A stretch of DNA of 64,000 nt from Saccharofermentanales bacterium. Lineage in GTDB: Bacteria; Bacillota; Clostridia; Saccharofermentanales; UBA5734. The position numbers and the translations under genes were made by a program. Position 1 is the stretch's first letter. The number at the start of each line of letters is the position of its first letter. Shown here piece after piece: positions 10,624 to 19,472 of the stretch. Where the stretch lies: NCBI GenBank assembly GCA_038326615.1, contig JBBQKF010000004.1, forward strand, positions 2,589-66,588. The letters are read 5' to 3'. Under the pieces are notes generated by a model that was not told the DNA's origin, did no database searches, and saw only the letters and a list, made by a program, of their open reading frames with translations.

Positions 10624-11223
10624 TTAGCTGTCCACAACAATTTCAACATGCCGAAACCTATATTTATCTTCAAGCTCTTTCATTTGAACAACTATAAATA
10701 AGAAAATCCCTATACTCATTATAATGTCTCCGACACTTAGCATGGCTGGCAATGGATAAGGCTTTGGGACAGGTATTATATCGCTAAGAAAAGTAAATTT
10801 CGTATTCATATCAACAAGCATATGATTTAAATCTAATCTATTAGATTTTATTTTTGACATATCATACCCAGAAAATGCAAGTCCATCTTTAGATACAGGC
10901 ATTAGCCCAGAATTTGCGAAAACAACAATAAAATTCAAAATAATTCCTGATAGCACAATGTACATAGGCCAACTTTTTCTGTTAAGCCAAACACCAACCG
11001 CAATCATGAGAAATGACATTAAAAAAAACACTGGAGCTACCGCAGTCATGCTGTCCTGAACATTTTTCTCAAAAGGCAATCTAAATAACACAGGGAAATT
11101 ACGAAGCAGTAGTCCTCCAAATATAAAAACAACCCCCTTAAGAGGAGTAAGTGTCATGTTTTTTATATTTCCTTTGAACAAATATCCTGCAATTATTGCC
11201 AGAATGACAGTTTCAATTAGCAT
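10624..11223 (-). CDS. Polytopic membrane protein, resembles the DUF5317 family
   Basis: 199 aa with about 6 TM segments and the motif ANSGLMPVS. It overlaps the stop of the HD-GYP gene by 11 nt, which suggests translational coupling. Confidence 0.75.
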   Translation of the reverse strand: MLIETVILAIIAGYLFKGNIKNMTLTPLKGVVFIFGGLLLRNFPVLFRLPFEKNVQDSMTAVAPVFFLMSFLMIAVGVWLNRKSWPMYIVLSGIILNFIVVFANSGLMPVSKDGLAFSGYDMSKIKSNRLDLNHMLVDMNTKFTFLSDIIPVPKPYPLPAMLSVGDIIMSIGIFLFIVVQMKELEDKYRFRHVEIVVDS

Positions 11224-12490
11224 CCAGATTAAATACCTCTTGCTTCTTTTTCGTTAGTTCAACAAAAGCCTTAGTTAGTTTTGGATTAAATTGGGTTCCT
11301 GAATTTCTTTCAATTTCCGCTACAGCATCTTGAAAATTCATAGGAGTTCTGTAAGAGCGATTTGATGTAATTGCGTCATATACATCCGCCAATGAAAGAA
11401 TGGCTGATTCGGTGCTAATGTTCTCGCCAGCAAGATGGTCAGGATATCCGCGACCGTCGTATCTTTCATGATGATGACGGATGATTGTTGAAACATCCCT
11501 AAGAAAATGGACATTATGAATTATATCAGCACCGATTATAGGATGTTGCTTAATTTGTTCATACTCCTCATTAGTAAGAGATGTTGTTTTTTTTAATACA
11601 AGGTCACTTATTCCGATTTTTCCTATATCATGTAAAAGTGCTGCCATTCTTATGTTTTCAACTTTATTCTCTGGAAGTTTTACAAAACGGGCAAGTTCAA
11701 CCGCATAGTTTTCTACTCTTGATGCGTGCTCACCTGTATATGTGTCTTTTGCTTCGGTCAATTTATTAAAGGCTTTGATTGTTTCAAGATATGTTTCACG
11801 GAGGTCTGTGTACTGTTTAAAAGAGAAACGGGCCAATAATAGTGGGCCTAAAAACAACAAAACTGCCCATATCCCATAACTACCATAAGCGAGAAAGAGA
11901 ATGATACCCATTGTTCCAACCAGCAGGACGTTAATAAGAATACCTCTCATGTTCGAAATCCAGACATATAGATATGGTTGTTTTCTAAGTAATGCAAAGA
12001 AGAAAGACATAATAGCACTATTCAAAACCGTATACAAAGTAACAACAATCAAAGTAAGTCCTATGTTGAACTTACCCGGAACACCACCAAGCAAAGAGTA
12101 TATAATGCCCGACACACCTATCGCAAGAACACTTTGTGCAGCATTAAATGCTGTTTTGTATATTGGAGTGTTAAAAAGATGAGCAATTTTATTTTGCTCA
12201 GGTATTTTAATAATACGGAAGAGAAACCCTGCGCCTGTTACAAGAGTTCCAACTAAAGGTCCCTCTGCAATAAGAGCCGCAAGAACAATAGCAAGACTTA
12301 CAGAAAGCCCCATTCCACTTGGCAATCTGAGAACAAGAGATTCGGTGATAACTGCAAGTGCTGCCCAGAAAAGGAATAGTCCTATGTTTATTGGCCTTGC
12401 TTCATTTTGGGCAACAACAAAAAACATCACAACAATTGACATCAAAATGATAAATGAGATATAAAATTTTACTTTTAACGGCAGTTTCAT
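11213..12490 (-). CDS. Membrane-anchored HD-GYP domain protein (probable c-di-GMP phosphodiesterase)
   Basis: The N-terminal half is polytopic. The C-terminal half carries HDIGK and HHHERYDGRGYP motifs. The RBS is GAGG, 6 nt upstream. Confidence 0.9.
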   Translation of the reverse strand: MKLPLKVKFYISFIILMSIVVMFFVVAQNEARPINIGLFLFWAALAVITESLVLRLPSGMGLSVSLAIVLAALIAEGPLVGTLVTGAGFLFRIIKIPEQNKIAHLFNTPIYKTAFNAAQSVLAIGVSGIIYSLLGGVPGKFNIGLTLIVVTLYTVLNSAIMSFFFALLRKQPYLYVWISNMRGILINVLLVGTMGIILFLAYGSYGIWAVLLFLGPLLLARFSFKQYTDLRETYLETIKAFNKLTEAKDTYTGEHASRVENYAVELARFVKLPENKVENIRMAALLHDIGKIGISDLVLKKTTSLTNEEYEQIKQHPIIGADIIHNVHFLRDVSTIIRHHHERYDGRGYPDHLAGENISTESAILSLADVYDAITSNRSYRTPMNFQDAVAEIERNSGTQFNPKLTKAFVELTKKKQEVFNLDAN

Positions 12491-12582
12491 TACTGACCTC
12501 GATGCTCTGTCAGATTAGTGACTTAGCTTTACCAAAAAGGCAAAAGCAATGGTAGGGGCAGTGGTAGTGTCCTAAGTTATTT

Positions 12583-12804
12583 ATTAGTCCGGTTAATGCA
12601 ACATTCTTTAGATTAGTACCAAGAAAAACTTGCGCCAGCTGTTAAAATAATAGCAGCTAGAGTTGCAATAACATAAATAACTTTTTTCATCGAATATAGC
12701 CCTCCTTCTAGGTTTCTATGCTTCTTCGCTAAGTTAAAGCATGCTATATTCGCTTCGCTAGGGTTAAAATTATTTTTTTATTTTTACGGCATAACCGGAC
12801 TAAT
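12583..12804. repeat. Long-range inverted repeat bracketing a 196-bp segment
   Basis: The left arm ATTAGTCCGGTTA (12583-12595) and right arm TAACCGGACTAAT (12792-12804) are perfect 13-nt reverse complements. They extend to 16 of 17 with (A)TGC. The right arm overlaps the stop codon of the upstream gene. Confidence 0.8.
12613..12690 (-). CDS. Candidate micro-ORF encoding a 25-aa hydrophobic peptide (MKKVIYVIATLAAIILTAGASFSWY)
   Basis: Not in the ORF track because it is under 60 aa. ATG is preceded by GAAGGAGGG with 9-nt spacing. It has a single TM-like segment and lies inside the inverted-repeat-bounded segment. Confidence 0.5.
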   Translation of the reverse strand: MKKVIYVIATLAAIILTAGASFSWY

Positions 12805-13426
12805 CTTCGCTATATCTCTCAATCAAAGGATTAATTGCGTCCATTACAGCTCTTACAACACAGTCAAATGGGTCATGTGTAAGTATTGCTGATCCACAGA
12901 ATTCAACGCTTTGATCCTCACTGTATACTGTAAGTGCTACAACAACAGTTTTAATGTTTGCTATATCTATCATCTTTATATCATCTAAAGACATAATATT
13001 TTCTTCTTGGAGGAATTGCTCTACTGCAAGAATAGCAGCTTCTCCTGTGAGCCTTAAGCAAAGTGTAGCATTATTCATTCCAGTTCTCTCTCCAAAAAAC
13101 TCTTCTTGATCTTTCTCGAGTGTAACTTTTACAAAATATTTTGACTGCTTACTTGTGCGTTCAATACTCTTTATTTTAAGGCGCCTCTCAAGATTTGTCT
13201 GTGAGGTATCTTTAACCTGTGCAATGCTAATTTTCTTATAATCTATTTCCATTCCGTATACAGCTGCAAGTATTGACTGGATATCTCTAGAAATTTGTTT
13301 GGCACTACGGGATTCATTTGCAACAATATGAACTTCTTTAATATTTTCATTGTCCCCAAAGAGAATCCTGCAATTTATGACTGACTTTAAATTTTTTATA
13401 AGATCTTCTATTTCTCTGATATCCAT
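12800..13426 (-). CDS. Hypothetical protein (208 aa), no motif I can name
   Basis: Long ORF. I moved the start to ATG 13426 (MDIREIED...), which has AAGGAGG 5 nt upstream. Confidence 0.7.
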   Translation of the reverse strand: MDIREIEDLIKNLKSVINCRILFGDNENIKEVHIVANESRSAKQISRDIQSILAAVYGMEIDYKKISIAQVKDTSQTNLERRLKIKSIERTSKQSKYFVKVTLEKDQEEFFGERTGMNNATLCLRLTGEAAILAVEQFLQEENIMSLDDIKMIDIANIKTVVVALTVYSEDQSVEFCGSAILTHDPFDCVVRAVMDAINPLIERYSED

Positions 13427-13835
13427 AATTGCCTCCTTACACCTATTTACCGACAATCGCAAAATGATTTTATGATTATTATACTTGATTAACTATTAAA
13501 AAAAATTGTTTTACGATTACAGTTTTGTGACAATATTTGGTGTTTTGTTACTTTAAGGTTATCTTTTTGCAATATTCGAGGCAATATCTTCTTCATATTA
13601 TTAAAATAATTGCAATAAACTTTATTTATTATCGCAAATTTTAGATTTTCAGCAAATATTTAAGTTTTTATTTGATGATGTATCAAACAAAGTTGCACTT
13701 GTTATTTAATATTCTATATTGCTTATACTAATATCGCACAATATTAAAAATAAATCAATCCCAAAAAACAATAAACTTCAAATCTTGCAACAAACGGTGA
13801 AATGTTATACACTAATGTTCGATGTAGTGGTTAAA

Positions 13836-13872
13836 TGATTGTTATAAGATTCTAGAATGTTTTATAATCAAT
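13836..13872 (+). promoter_or_regulatory. Candidate promoter with an embedded palindromic operator upstream of the metal-importer binding-protein gene
   Basis: TTGTTA (13839-13844), an 18-nt spacer and TATAAT (13863-13868). The spacer contains the perfect 10-nt palindrome ATTCTAGAAT (13849-13858) within a larger imperfect palindrome. Confidence 0.35.
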
Positions 13873-14049
13873 AGTTTTAATTCATTAGAAAATTTGGTTA
13901 GATTAAGATTTTTACTTATTTGCAACAAAAATTATGAAAGTCCTTTATTTTTTGTTATGAAGCGGAAGGCTGGAATAATTGTTCATGGCAATTTGATAGA
14001 AAACAAAATCTAATAGAAATATGGATTTAAAAAGAGAGGGAAAGCGAAT

Positions 14050-15105
14050 ATGAGAAAGAAAATCAAAACAAATATGTATACCTATGCGAATACGAATATT
14101 GATATGAATACGAATAGTGATATGAACACGCATAAAGACATGGATTGGAATATTAATATAAATTTGAAAACGAAAATAAATTCAAGAAAGCTGATTTCCC
14201 TGTTGCTTGCAATTATTCTATTAACGTTTGCTTTGTCTTCATGCAGACCACCAAAGACAAATGTTTCTTCTTCTGAAAATTCGCAGGCTAATTCATCAAA
14301 TAATTTAACGATAGTAACCTCATTTTATCCAGTCTATGTAAATGTAATAAACGTGACTAATGGCATTTCTAATGTTAAAGTAATAAATATGACAAGCGCC
14401 CAGACAGGCTGCCTCCACGACTACCAACTGAAACCACAGGACGTCAAAAGTCTTGAGAAAGCAGATGCTTTTGTAATAAACGGAGCTGGAATGGAAAGTT
14501 TCATTAGTGATATACTTTCACAGCGACCAGGGCTTAAAGTGATTGATACAAGCAAAGGAGTCAGCACACTGAAAGATAGCGATGGCTCAATAAATCCTCA
14601 TGTCTGGGTAAGTATATCCAATGCTATGATTCAGGTAAAAACAATAGCTGATGAACTTTCACTGCTTGATCCTGCAAACGCAATAGAATATAAGAAAAAT
14701 TCCTCTCTTTATCTTTCAAAGCTAAATACCCTTCGGACTAGTGCTCAGAGTGAATTATCGAAATTAAAAACAAGAGATATAATTACATTTCATGAAGCTT
14801 TTCCTTATTTCGCTAAAGAGTTTAATCTCAATATTTTAGCTGTAATAGAAAGAGAACCCGGCTCTGCGCCCACCGCAAAAGAACTTGAAGAAACAATCTC
14901 AATAGTAAAAGCATCGAAAGCCAAAGCATTATTTGCAGAACCACAATATACTTCAAAAGCTGCCCTTACTATTGCTCAGGCAACTGGTGCAAAAGTTTAT
15001 ATACTTGACCCTGTTGTTACGGGGGATGCCACTCTTGATGCTATCGACAATTACATAATTGTAATGCGAAAGAACGTTCAGACTCTCAAGGAAGCGCTTG
15101 GCTAG
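14050..15105 (+). CDS. Metal (Zn/Mn/Fe) ABC transporter substrate-binding lipoprotein, ZnuA/TroA family
   Basis: Lipobox LSSC at Cys65 and a family body (HDYQLKPQD, NPHVWVS, FHEAFPYF). RBS-supported ATG 14050 gives an unusually long repeat-encoded N-region. Confidence 0.85.
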   Translation: MRKKIKTNMYTYANTNIDMNTNSDMNTHKDMDWNININLKTKINSRKLISLLLAIILLTFALSSCRPPKTNVSSSENSQANSSNNLTIVTSFYPVYVNVINVTNGISNVKVINMTSAQTGCLHDYQLKPQDVKSLEKADAFVINGAGMESFISDILSQRPGLKVIDTSKGVSTLKDSDGSINPHVWVSISNAMIQVKTIADELSLLDPANAIEYKKNSSLYLSKLNTLRTSAQSELSKLKTRDIITFHEAFPYFAKEFNLNILAVIEREPGSAPTAKELEETISIVKASKAKALFAEPQYTSKAALTIAQATGAKVYILDPVVTGDATLDAIDNYIIVMRKNVQTLKEALG

Positions 15106-15247
15106 CATACAATAAAACGAATTTTCAGCAAAGTAATGTTGCACTTAATAAAGTAAAATTATAGACTTCCAGGTTTTGTTATTGTATTATATAAAATAGA
15201 TTAGTTAGAAGCTGTTGTTAATAAAATTATTTCAATTTTTGAGATGA

Positions 15248-15294
15248 TTGAAATACTTAGAAACTTCACATTATAATCAATTTGATTGTTTATA
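15248..15294 (+). promoter_or_regulatory. Candidate promoter plus palindromic operator for the metal-importer ATPase and permease genes
   Basis: TTGAAA (15248-15253), an 18-nt spacer and TATAAT (15272-15277). The perfect 13-nt palindrome AATCAATTTGATT (15275-15287) overlaps the -10 box. Confidence 0.4.
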
Positions 15295-15328
15295 CTGATT
15301 TATTATGTTGTTTTGTAGAGAGGTAAAA

Positions 15329-16171
15329 ATGAGTAATGCAAAGAGATCGTCAAATAACAAAGCTAATTTTAAATCGTCATCGCCTGATTGCATCGTTGAT
15401 GACTCTATAATTAAGTGTTCCAGTCTTTGCTGCACAAAAATCGAAAAGCTGAATGTGCGTTTTTTTGGTACAACAATATTAGAAAATATAAATTTGCATA
15501 TACATTGTGGAGAACTAACTGCAATCATCGGCCAGAATGGAGCCGGTAAGAGCACTTTGTTAAAAGCAATGCTTGGAGAAATTTCTCATACTGGCGAGTT
15601 TTCATATTTTGACGAAAAAGAAATTCGAACGGGTTCACCACTTATTGGGTACGTACCTCAACACTTGATTTTTGACAGGAACACACCTGTTAGTGTTCTT
15701 GATTTATTCATGGCTTCAAACATAAAGGCTCCGATTTGTTTTAAGAAAAATAAAACAATTAAGAAAAGAGTTCTTGAAAGTCTTTCTATAGTTAAAGCCG
15801 AACATGTAATTAACAGAAAACTCGGGGTATTATCAGCTGGCGAATTGCAGCGCGTTCTTCTTGCCCTTGCACTTGATCCTATTCCGGATTTACTTTTACT
15901 CGATGAGCCGGTTTCGGGTATTGACCAGAATGGTCTTGATATGTTTTATAAAATTCTATCAGAAATAAAATCAAAATATGATCTATCAATAATTCTTGTT
16001 TCTCATGATCTCGACTATGTAAGACAATATGCAGATCGTGTAGTTTTACTTAACAAAACAATACTTATGAGTGGTATACCTGCTGATGTATTTGCTAATG
16101 AATTAACTGCCAAAACCTTCGGGATGGCCTGGGCAAGAGACCGCGCGGGCAAAGGAGACAGTGATGCTTGA
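15329..16171 (+). CDS. Metal ABC transporter ATP-binding protein (ZnuC-like)
   Basis: Walker A GQNGAGKST, signature LSAGELQR and Walker B LLLLDEP. I moved the start to ATG 15329, which follows GAGAGG. Confidence 0.9.
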   Translation: MSNAKRSSNNKANFKSSSPDCIVDDSIIKCSSLCCTKIEKLNVRFFGTTILENINLHIHCGELTAIIGQNGAGKSTLLKAMLGEISHTGEFSYFDEKEIRTGSPLIGYVPQHLIFDRNTPVSVLDLFMASNIKAPICFKKNKTIKKRVLESLSIVKAEHVINRKLGVLSAGELQRVLLALALDPIPDLLLLDEPVSGIDQNGLDMFYKILSEIKSKYDLSIILVSHDLDYVRQYADRVVLLNKTILMSGIPADVFANELTAKTFGMAWARDRAGKGDSDA

Positions 16172-17003
16172 TTTTATATATAGAATAATTGATATTATTT
16201 TCCCTTTTACGTGGTCAGAATCCGATTTTATGAAAAATGCATTAATTGCAATAATCCTTGCAACTCCTCTTTTTGGTTTACTAGGAACAATGGTCGTCAA
16301 TCAAAACATGGCTTTTTTCTCGGATTCTATCGGTCATAGTGTTTTTACCGGAATTGCTGCTGGGACAATTATTGGCCTTGCCAATCCAACATATTCAGCA
16401 GTTATTTTCTCAATCTTATTTGCGATTATCATAACAATAATAAAAAACAAAAGCCAGTCATCAGCAGATACAGTAATCGGCGTTTTTTCATCTATCGCGA
16501 TAGCACTAGGAATTGTTCTTTTGTCATTCCGTGAAGGATTCGCAAAATATTCTTCATATTTGATTGGTGATTTACTAAGTATTACAAAGCAGGAAATCGT
16601 AATATTATTTATTGTTTTTGTAATAATTATTATAATCTGGAGTCTTATATATAACCGACTCCTTCTTTCAAGCATTAATTCATCTCTTGCAAGTAGCCGT
16701 GGCATCAAGACATTACCGTTGGAACTTTTGTTTACGTCAATAATAGCAGTTATTGTAACAATTTCAATACAATGGGTAGGCCTTCTTATAATAAATTCGC
16801 TGCTAGTATTGCCAGCTGCGACAGCAAGAAACCTTGCACGAAACGTCAGACAGTATTCAATCATCTCTATTGTTCTGGCTCTATTTTCTGGCGTTACAGG
16901 CCTTATTGTATCATATTATTTAAACACTGCAACAGGCGCTACAATTATATTAATTTCTGGTATTTTGTTCTTCATGTCATTTTTCGCTAGGAAAAAGGCA
17001 TAA
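16164..17003 (+). CDS. Metal ABC transporter permease (ZnuB-like)
   Basis: Polytopic 279-aa protein of the ABC-3 family. ATG 16164 lies 6 nt after AAGGAG and overlaps the ATPase stop. Confidence 0.9.
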   Translation: MLDFIYRIIDIIFPFTWSESDFMKNALIAIILATPLFGLLGTMVVNQNMAFFSDSIGHSVFTGIAAGTIIGLANPTYSAVIFSILFAIIITIIKNKSQSSADTVIGVFSSIAIALGIVLLSFREGFAKYSSYLIGDLLSITKQEIVILFIVFVIIIIIWSLIYNRLLLSSINSSLASSRGIKTLPLELLFTSIIAVIVTISIQWVGLLIINSLLVLPAATARNLARNVRQYSIISIVLALFSGVTGLIVSYYLNTATGATIILISGILFFMSFFARKKA

Positions 17004-17194
17004 TACAATTTCAAATTGTCTTTATATAGAATTAATTTGATTCGGTTTTTCAAATTTTTGAATTAATTGGAACTTAGATTCTCGATAAACTTAAAACAAG
17101 GCAATGTCAAGGTTTCTTGACAAAGTTTTGATGATATTATTATCTCTTAGAGCTAGCGTGTTATAAAATTTTCATATTTATTAAAACAATAAAA

Positions 17195-17233
17195 AGAGAA
17201 CGAAAATGATATTTTGTACCAGAATCGTTCTCT
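17195..17233 (-). terminator. Intrinsic terminator after hflC
   Basis: Stem AGAGAACGA/TCGTTCTCT of 9 bp with a T-run on the minus strand. Confidence 0.55.
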
Positions 17234-17409
17234 TTGCCTCGTTTCGTTATTAACATAACTTTACTTATCTGTCATAATTAACGTAAATACTATCGTTAAT
17301 ATAAATTTTAAAATAGTAATTAACATAGATTCCACAAAATTATAATGATTTTATGAATTATAATTAATTTCTAGTTTCCTCAATACCCAAGTATTAGCTA
17401 CCATGAATA

Positions 17410-18354
17410 TTATTTGTAACCGTAAAGGAATCTTGCAAAAGGACTATTAGAAGGTATTACAAGTTTTGTGTTATCCTTTATTGTCAATTTGTATGCTTCG
17501 AGAGTATTATAGAATTCATAAAAATCCTTGTCTTTCCCGTATGCGTCATTAAATATTTTTGCTGCAGATGCGTCTCCTTCACCTTTAAGTGTTTCGGATT
17601 TTTTATTAGCTTCTGATAATAATATCATGATTTGTTTATCCGTATCTGATCTTGCCTTAAGGGCATCCTCGTCACCTTCAGAGCGGAACTGTGCGGCAAT
17701 ACGTTCTCTTTCGGTAATCATACGTTTATACACGCTGTCATAATTTTCTTCAGGAAGGTCAGTTCTTTTTACGCGTATGTCGAAAACCAATATTCCGTAT
17801 GCTCTCATATTGTCTGAAACTTGTGTAGCAAGCTCATTTTGCATTTTTTCTACTTCTTCTTTGCTAGTTATCAAAGTGTTTGAATCCATTTTACCAACTT
17901 TTTCATTCATCATTGAGTAAAGAATGTCATCAAGACGCTTTTGAGCTTCTTCAACCCTTCCCATTGTAATTTCAAACAAAGCTGGGTTTTCAATTCTCCA
18001 CTGAGCATTGTTATCAAATATCAATTTCTTTTTGTCTGATGTTATTACCTGTCTTGGCGCTGTATCATAAGTAAGAAGCATATTGCTGTACTTTTTTACA
18101 GTATCAATAATTGGTAATCTAAATTTAAGACCAGTCCCGTAATAAACTTTTGCGTCATTTAACTTTGCATCTCCTGCAGCTAGTCCCTTAATTACAGTTT
18201 GTGCGTTTGCTTCTGATTTAACGTAAACTGATATTATTTTACCGAAACGCATAATTGCCGCTGATTCTTTTTCGTTAACCTGAAAGGTGCATAAGGCAAA
18301 TCCAATCAGTAGAACCGCAATAACTGTTAGTATAATTATGTTTCTCTTTTTCAT
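17410..18354 (-). CDS. hflC: SPFH/band-7 protein HflC
   Basis: 314 aa with an N-terminal TM segment and an SPFH domain. It lies directly downstream of the hflK-like gene. The RBS is AAGGAG. Confidence 0.88.
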   Translation of the reverse strand: MKKRNIIILTVIAVLLIGFALCTFQVNEKESAAIMRFGKIISVYVKSEANAQTVIKGLAAGDAKLNDAKVYYGTGLKFRLPIIDTVKKYSNMLLTYDTAPRQVITSDKKKLIFDNNAQWRIENPALFEITMGRVEEAQKRLDDILYSMMNEKVGKMDSNTLITSKEEVEKMQNELATQVSDNMRAYGILVFDIRVKRTDLPEENYDSVYKRMITERERIAAQFRSEGDEDALKARSDTDKQIMILLSEANKKSETLKGEGDASAAKIFNDAYGKDKDFYEFYNTLEAYKLTIKDNTKLVIPSNSPFARFLYGYK

Positions 18355-18371
18355 TACTTTGCTCCTTTCAT

Positions 18372-19361
18372 TTATTTCGCAGCTGATGTTGTAGCGCCAG
18401 AAATCGGAAGAAATTTCAGCACATCGCCGTTGTCGTTCATTATATAAACTTCTTTGACTTGAGGAAGAATTATCTTAATGGCCTCAAGATAAAGCCTTGT
18501 TTTTGTTACTGCTGGATTCATTGCGTATTCTTTCTGAATCGATAAGAATCTTGCAGCAGCACCTTGAGCTTCATTAATTCTTTGTTGTTTATATCCTTCT
18601 GCCAGATTCAACATTTGTTGAGCTTCACCTCTGGCAATAGGTAATTTCTCATTTTCATATTTTTTTGCTTCGTTGATTTTTGCGTTCTTATCTTCTTTTG
18701 CTGATGCAACTTCAAGAAAAGCTGCTTTAACTGGATCCGGCGGCATAGCGTCTTGGAGTTGGATAGCGGTGATTGTCAGTCCAAAATCATACTTGTCGCA
18801 TATTTTTTGCAAAGATTCACGGATTTCAAGCTGTATTGTTTCTTTCTTGTCAGTCAGGATATCATCAAGGGTATGCGATGCAACAACGCGACGATATGCG
18901 GCTTCCGTAATCGTTCTTAAGGAACTCTCCTGCTCATCAACATTGAAAAGATATTTATAGCTATCAAATATTTTGTACATAACTGCCCAGTCTGCAATTA
19001 CGAGATTTTCATCTGCAGTAAGCATTCTAGCTTCAATTAAAACATCTGTTGCCTTCTCTTCTCCTGCACTTCTGTAACCAAATTCCATGCGGCGAATTCC
19101 TTCAACGTCAACAATAATTTTTTGTTCTAGAAATGGAAGTTTAAATTTAATACCTGCATCCTTTTCTGTTCTTACATGCTTTCCAAACAATGTTATAACA
19201 GCCTCCTCGTTAGATTTGAGGAAATAAATATTTGATACCAGTACTATTGCGACTACAATAACCACGGCAATCCAAAAAACTGTCTTTTTCGGAAATTTGC
19301 TATTTATACCATTAGCCTTAAACGAATTTACAAAATCGTTTACTTGTTCACTTGAACTCAT
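18372..19361 (-). CDS. hflK: SPFH/band-7 protein HflK
   Basis: 329 aa with an N-terminal TM segment and an SPFH domain, paired with hflC. The RBS is AAGGAG. Confidence 0.88.
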   Translation of the reverse strand: MSSSEQVNDFVNSFKANGINSKFPKKTVFWIAVVIVVAIVLVSNIYFLKSNEEAVITLFGKHVRTEKDAGIKFKLPFLEQKIIVDVEGIRRMEFGYRSAGEEKATDVLIEARMLTADENLVIADWAVMYKIFDSYKYLFNVDEQESSLRTITEAAYRRVVASHTLDDILTDKKETIQLEIRESLQKICDKYDFGLTITAIQLQDAMPPDPVKAAFLEVASAKEDKNAKINEAKKYENEKLPIARGEAQQMLNLAEGYKQQRINEAQGAAARFLSIQKEYAMNPAVTKTRLYLEAIKIILPQVKEVYIMNDNGDVLKFLPISGATTSAAK

Positions 19362-19472
19362 TTTTGTTCTCCTTTCGATCCACTACCATATAATTATCTA
19401 TCTAATAAATAATACTCTTATGATTTTATATTTTTTTGGTCCTATTTACAACTATATATTTAAAATATAAAT

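Noticed and set aside
12491-12612. A c-di-GMP riboswitch or other known riboswitch in the leader of the HD-GYP gene.
   Set aside because: I could not find the conserved GEMM-type sequence blocks. There is only a short CTGAC/GTCAG hairpin near the SD and a TGGTAG direct repeat.
7873-15281. The 11-mer TTATAATCAAT occurs three times (7873, 13862, 15271) and might be a shared regulatory motif.
   Set aside because: It contains a plain TATAAT -10 box. In intergenic DNA this AT-rich, an 11-mer of this composition is expected to recur by chance. The 7873 copy is on the wrong strand for any nearby gene. I kept only the two metal-importer sites, because there palindromes overlap predicted promoters.
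16334-16864. A 176-aa minus-strand ORF.
   Set aside because: It is fully antisense to the ZnuB-like permease gene and has no independent support.
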